From Balanoglossus misakiensis (Eukaryota > Animalia > Hemichordata), in the NCBI GenBank assembly GCA_040954595.2, contig CM082577.2, positions 15,569,903 through 15,633,902 of the forward strand: a DNA stretch of 64,000 nucleotides, in the 5' to 3' direction. The translations under genes were made by a program, and so were the position numbers. The notes under the pieces are model-generated. The model saw only the letters and a program-made list of their open reading frames with translations, was not told the DNA's origin and did not search any database. This document shows, piece by piece, positions 61,890-64,000 of the stretch (the first letter of the stretch is position 1; every line of letters begins with the position of its first letter).

Positions 61890-61973
61890 CTACAAAAAAA
61901 CAAACAAAAGTGTAACATTTTTAACATTGCTTGGGACCACTCCGCTTAATGGTTAGCACACACACACACAATC

Positions 61974-62533
61974 GCTGGCTCGCCGTTGACTGGACCAGCG
62001 CGCCCTCAACCGTTAACAAACAAACGAACACCGCTTCGCAATGTCCCAGCGTAAATCTCTCTTGACAGTAAAGTTTAATTGGCGGTCCACGGGATACTAA
62101 TTAAACAGTTTTCAAAGCAATGAAGCCCTTACACGGAGGCGTGAAAAACTAATTGTCCGCCTCGAGCTAGCTAAGTATTCGGCTTCAACCGACTCGCCAT
62201 TTTTAAGCGCAGCCAGATAGTAGCGCGTGTTAACCCCCCCCCCCCCCCCACCCCAACCAAATCAGCGACGAACCTTCAATGCCGGCTGACTGGTAGCAGA
62301 AAACACAAACGACCTTGAATCACACCACGACAGTAGTCGGGTCTGTGAGCACCCCCAAACGCAAATTTATCGGCGAAAAACTACGGGAGCTTTTTGAAAC
62401 AGCGACACTGGCTCGCTGTTGACTGTACCAGCGCGCCCTCAACCGTTAACAAACAAACGAACACCGCTTCGCAATGTCCCAGCGTAAATCTCTCTTGACA
62501 GTCAAGTTTAATTGGCGGTCCACGGGATACTAA
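61974..62533. repeat. ~125-bp direct repeat pair (about 61974-62099 and 62408-62533)
   Basis: ctggctcgc.gttgact..ccagcgcgccctcaaccgttaac...ccacgggatactaa occurs twice, separated by a spacer containing a poly-C tract. Confidence 0.9.
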
Positions 62534-62551
62534 AATGATCGACCCAGAAGT

Positions 62552-64000
62552 GGCCAGTAACGTTTGAATTCCTAATTTGCATACAGTTCCCCAACTTTGT
62601 TTAGCAATTTGCAACCCATTTCTGACAATAATTCACCCCAGGCACATTACTGGTACTATGAGTTTACTACGTGTGATTTTTCATGAAGTTTTAAGAAATT
62701 CTTTACCTTCACTGACAAAATGTCAACGTGACCTTGAAGTTACAACTTTTGTAAACAAATATCTGCCATACCCACACAAAAATTAACCCCTCATGTTTTA
62801 GAAACATTATTAAAACCCTCTATTCATCATTTTGACACGAATACAATCCCCCCCTCCCCTTCAACTTGAAAGAGTTATCGCTGCCCGAGTTGTAGGTAGA
62901 TCAAAATGCAAGTCATCGAGAGCTATTTGAGCCATAGATAAACAATGCGTAAATTTCTGCTGTATTTAGATAATAATCGCGGTCTCTACGTCAGTCGACA
63001 ACTTTTGCCGGGCCGTTGATACTTGCCATAACGTAATTCGAATTGTATATTTGCCATAGCGCTACAAATCTCATTCACCTGACATGTCTTATTTCGGGCC
63101 ACCAACACGTTTTTGACAAATAGTTTACGATACAAGTCGATTGAAATGTGGCAAATAAATGTTGAATTAAACGTACGTACCAGTTCTGTATCTCCGCCGG
63201 ACAGATATATGTTGAAATCATTGGATCGACAAATCGGTGTTTCCTCTTGCAGTTCACGGAGAAGGCGGTTCTAATAACAACAAATACCATAAAAAAATAT
63301 TTGATAACATTGGATGAAGTTGTTAAATTCTCACAAAATCTATTTTACCTCATTTACATTGACAAGAGTATTTGATACATCTCTGCACACTCTGGTGAGA
63401 ATAAAAAACTTACGTAATCATCTTGCCCTAGTAATGATTCGGATATATTTTCATCCAGCCCAATCAAATCCATGTTGTCTGATAACAGTTTATACCAAGA
63501 AAATGGTAGCAACATGAAGACAACCCTAATATTTATACAAGAACACTTCAGAAGTTAATTAAAATCACATGTAGGCACTTGACGACAATTATTCATGCCA
63601 TCAGACAGAAAATGACATTAGTTGGTCTCTCGTGTATAATTGTTTGACTCGAATATTGAAACTTGACGACAGACATTGGACATGGTGCAACGCAAACGCT
63701 TGAACTTGCCAGTAACGTTTGCATTCCTCATTTGCATACAGTTCTGGCAATTATTTCACCCCGGGCACATTACTGGCACTATGAGTGTACTACATGTGAT
63801 TTTTCATTAAGTTTTATCAAGAAGAATTTCTTTACTTCCACTGACAAAATTGTGAACACGAAATTCAAAGTGACCTTGAAGGTAACAAAAACAAAAAACA
63901 AAGAAAAAAAAAATATCTGCCATACCCACACAAAAATTAACCCCCTCAGGTTTTAGAAACATTATTAAACTCATCTATTCAAAATTTTGACATGAATATA
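62552..64000. repeat. Two diverged ~290-bp copies of a dispersed repeat (about 62552-62843 and 63708-64000), probably host-type
   Basis: Shared gccagtaacgtttg..ggcacattactgg..gtgaccttgaag..atctgccatacccacacaaaaattaaccc..ttttagaaacattattaaa. Confidence 0.85.

Larger units (their letters stand above)
38432..61900. mobile_element. Putative endogenous large dsDNA virus segment (herpes-like / Duplodnaviria)
   Basis: Tightly packed, mostly intronless orphan ORFs on both strands; terminase ATPase exon with herpes-type motifs; candidate portal; immune-modulator-like genes. Boundaries are not defined. Confidence 0.7.

Noticed and set aside
38432-61900. Bacteriophage or prophage origin
   Set aside because: Spliceosomal introns, AATAAA signals, A20 fingers and a glycoprotein indicate a eukaryotic virus.

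Overview
Eukaryotic, probably invertebrate metazoan, DNA (GT-AG introns, A20 fingers, SETD8-like SET domain, a LINE scrap) in three parts. (1) Positions 1-38,431 are a near-homogeneous tandem array of a ~274-bp unit. Many copies carry a 175-bp TGT...ACA MITE-like module, giving 452-bp units, and almost all length variation falls at one palindromic site (AGAATTCT). (2) Embedded in the array at ~18.2-26.4 kb is an ~8-kb cassette. It holds a Sola1-type DDD transposase split into two head-to-head genes, a 4-exon winged-helix+SET methyltransferase gene, a His-Me finger endonuclease and a diverged copy of the satellite unit. (3) About 38.4-62 kb is a gene-dense block of mostly orphan ORFs that looks like an endogenous herpes-like (Duplodnaviria) virus. 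It has terminase ATPase exon 1 ending at the UL15-type intron position, a candidate portal, a UL49-like Cys-rich protein, a glycoprotein, an A20-zinc-finger-only protein, a SLATT-like 2TM protein and an ESCRT-III-like protein. No capsid or DNA polymerase gene is visible in the window. All family assignments come from motif recognition by eye and need HMM or structure confirmation.
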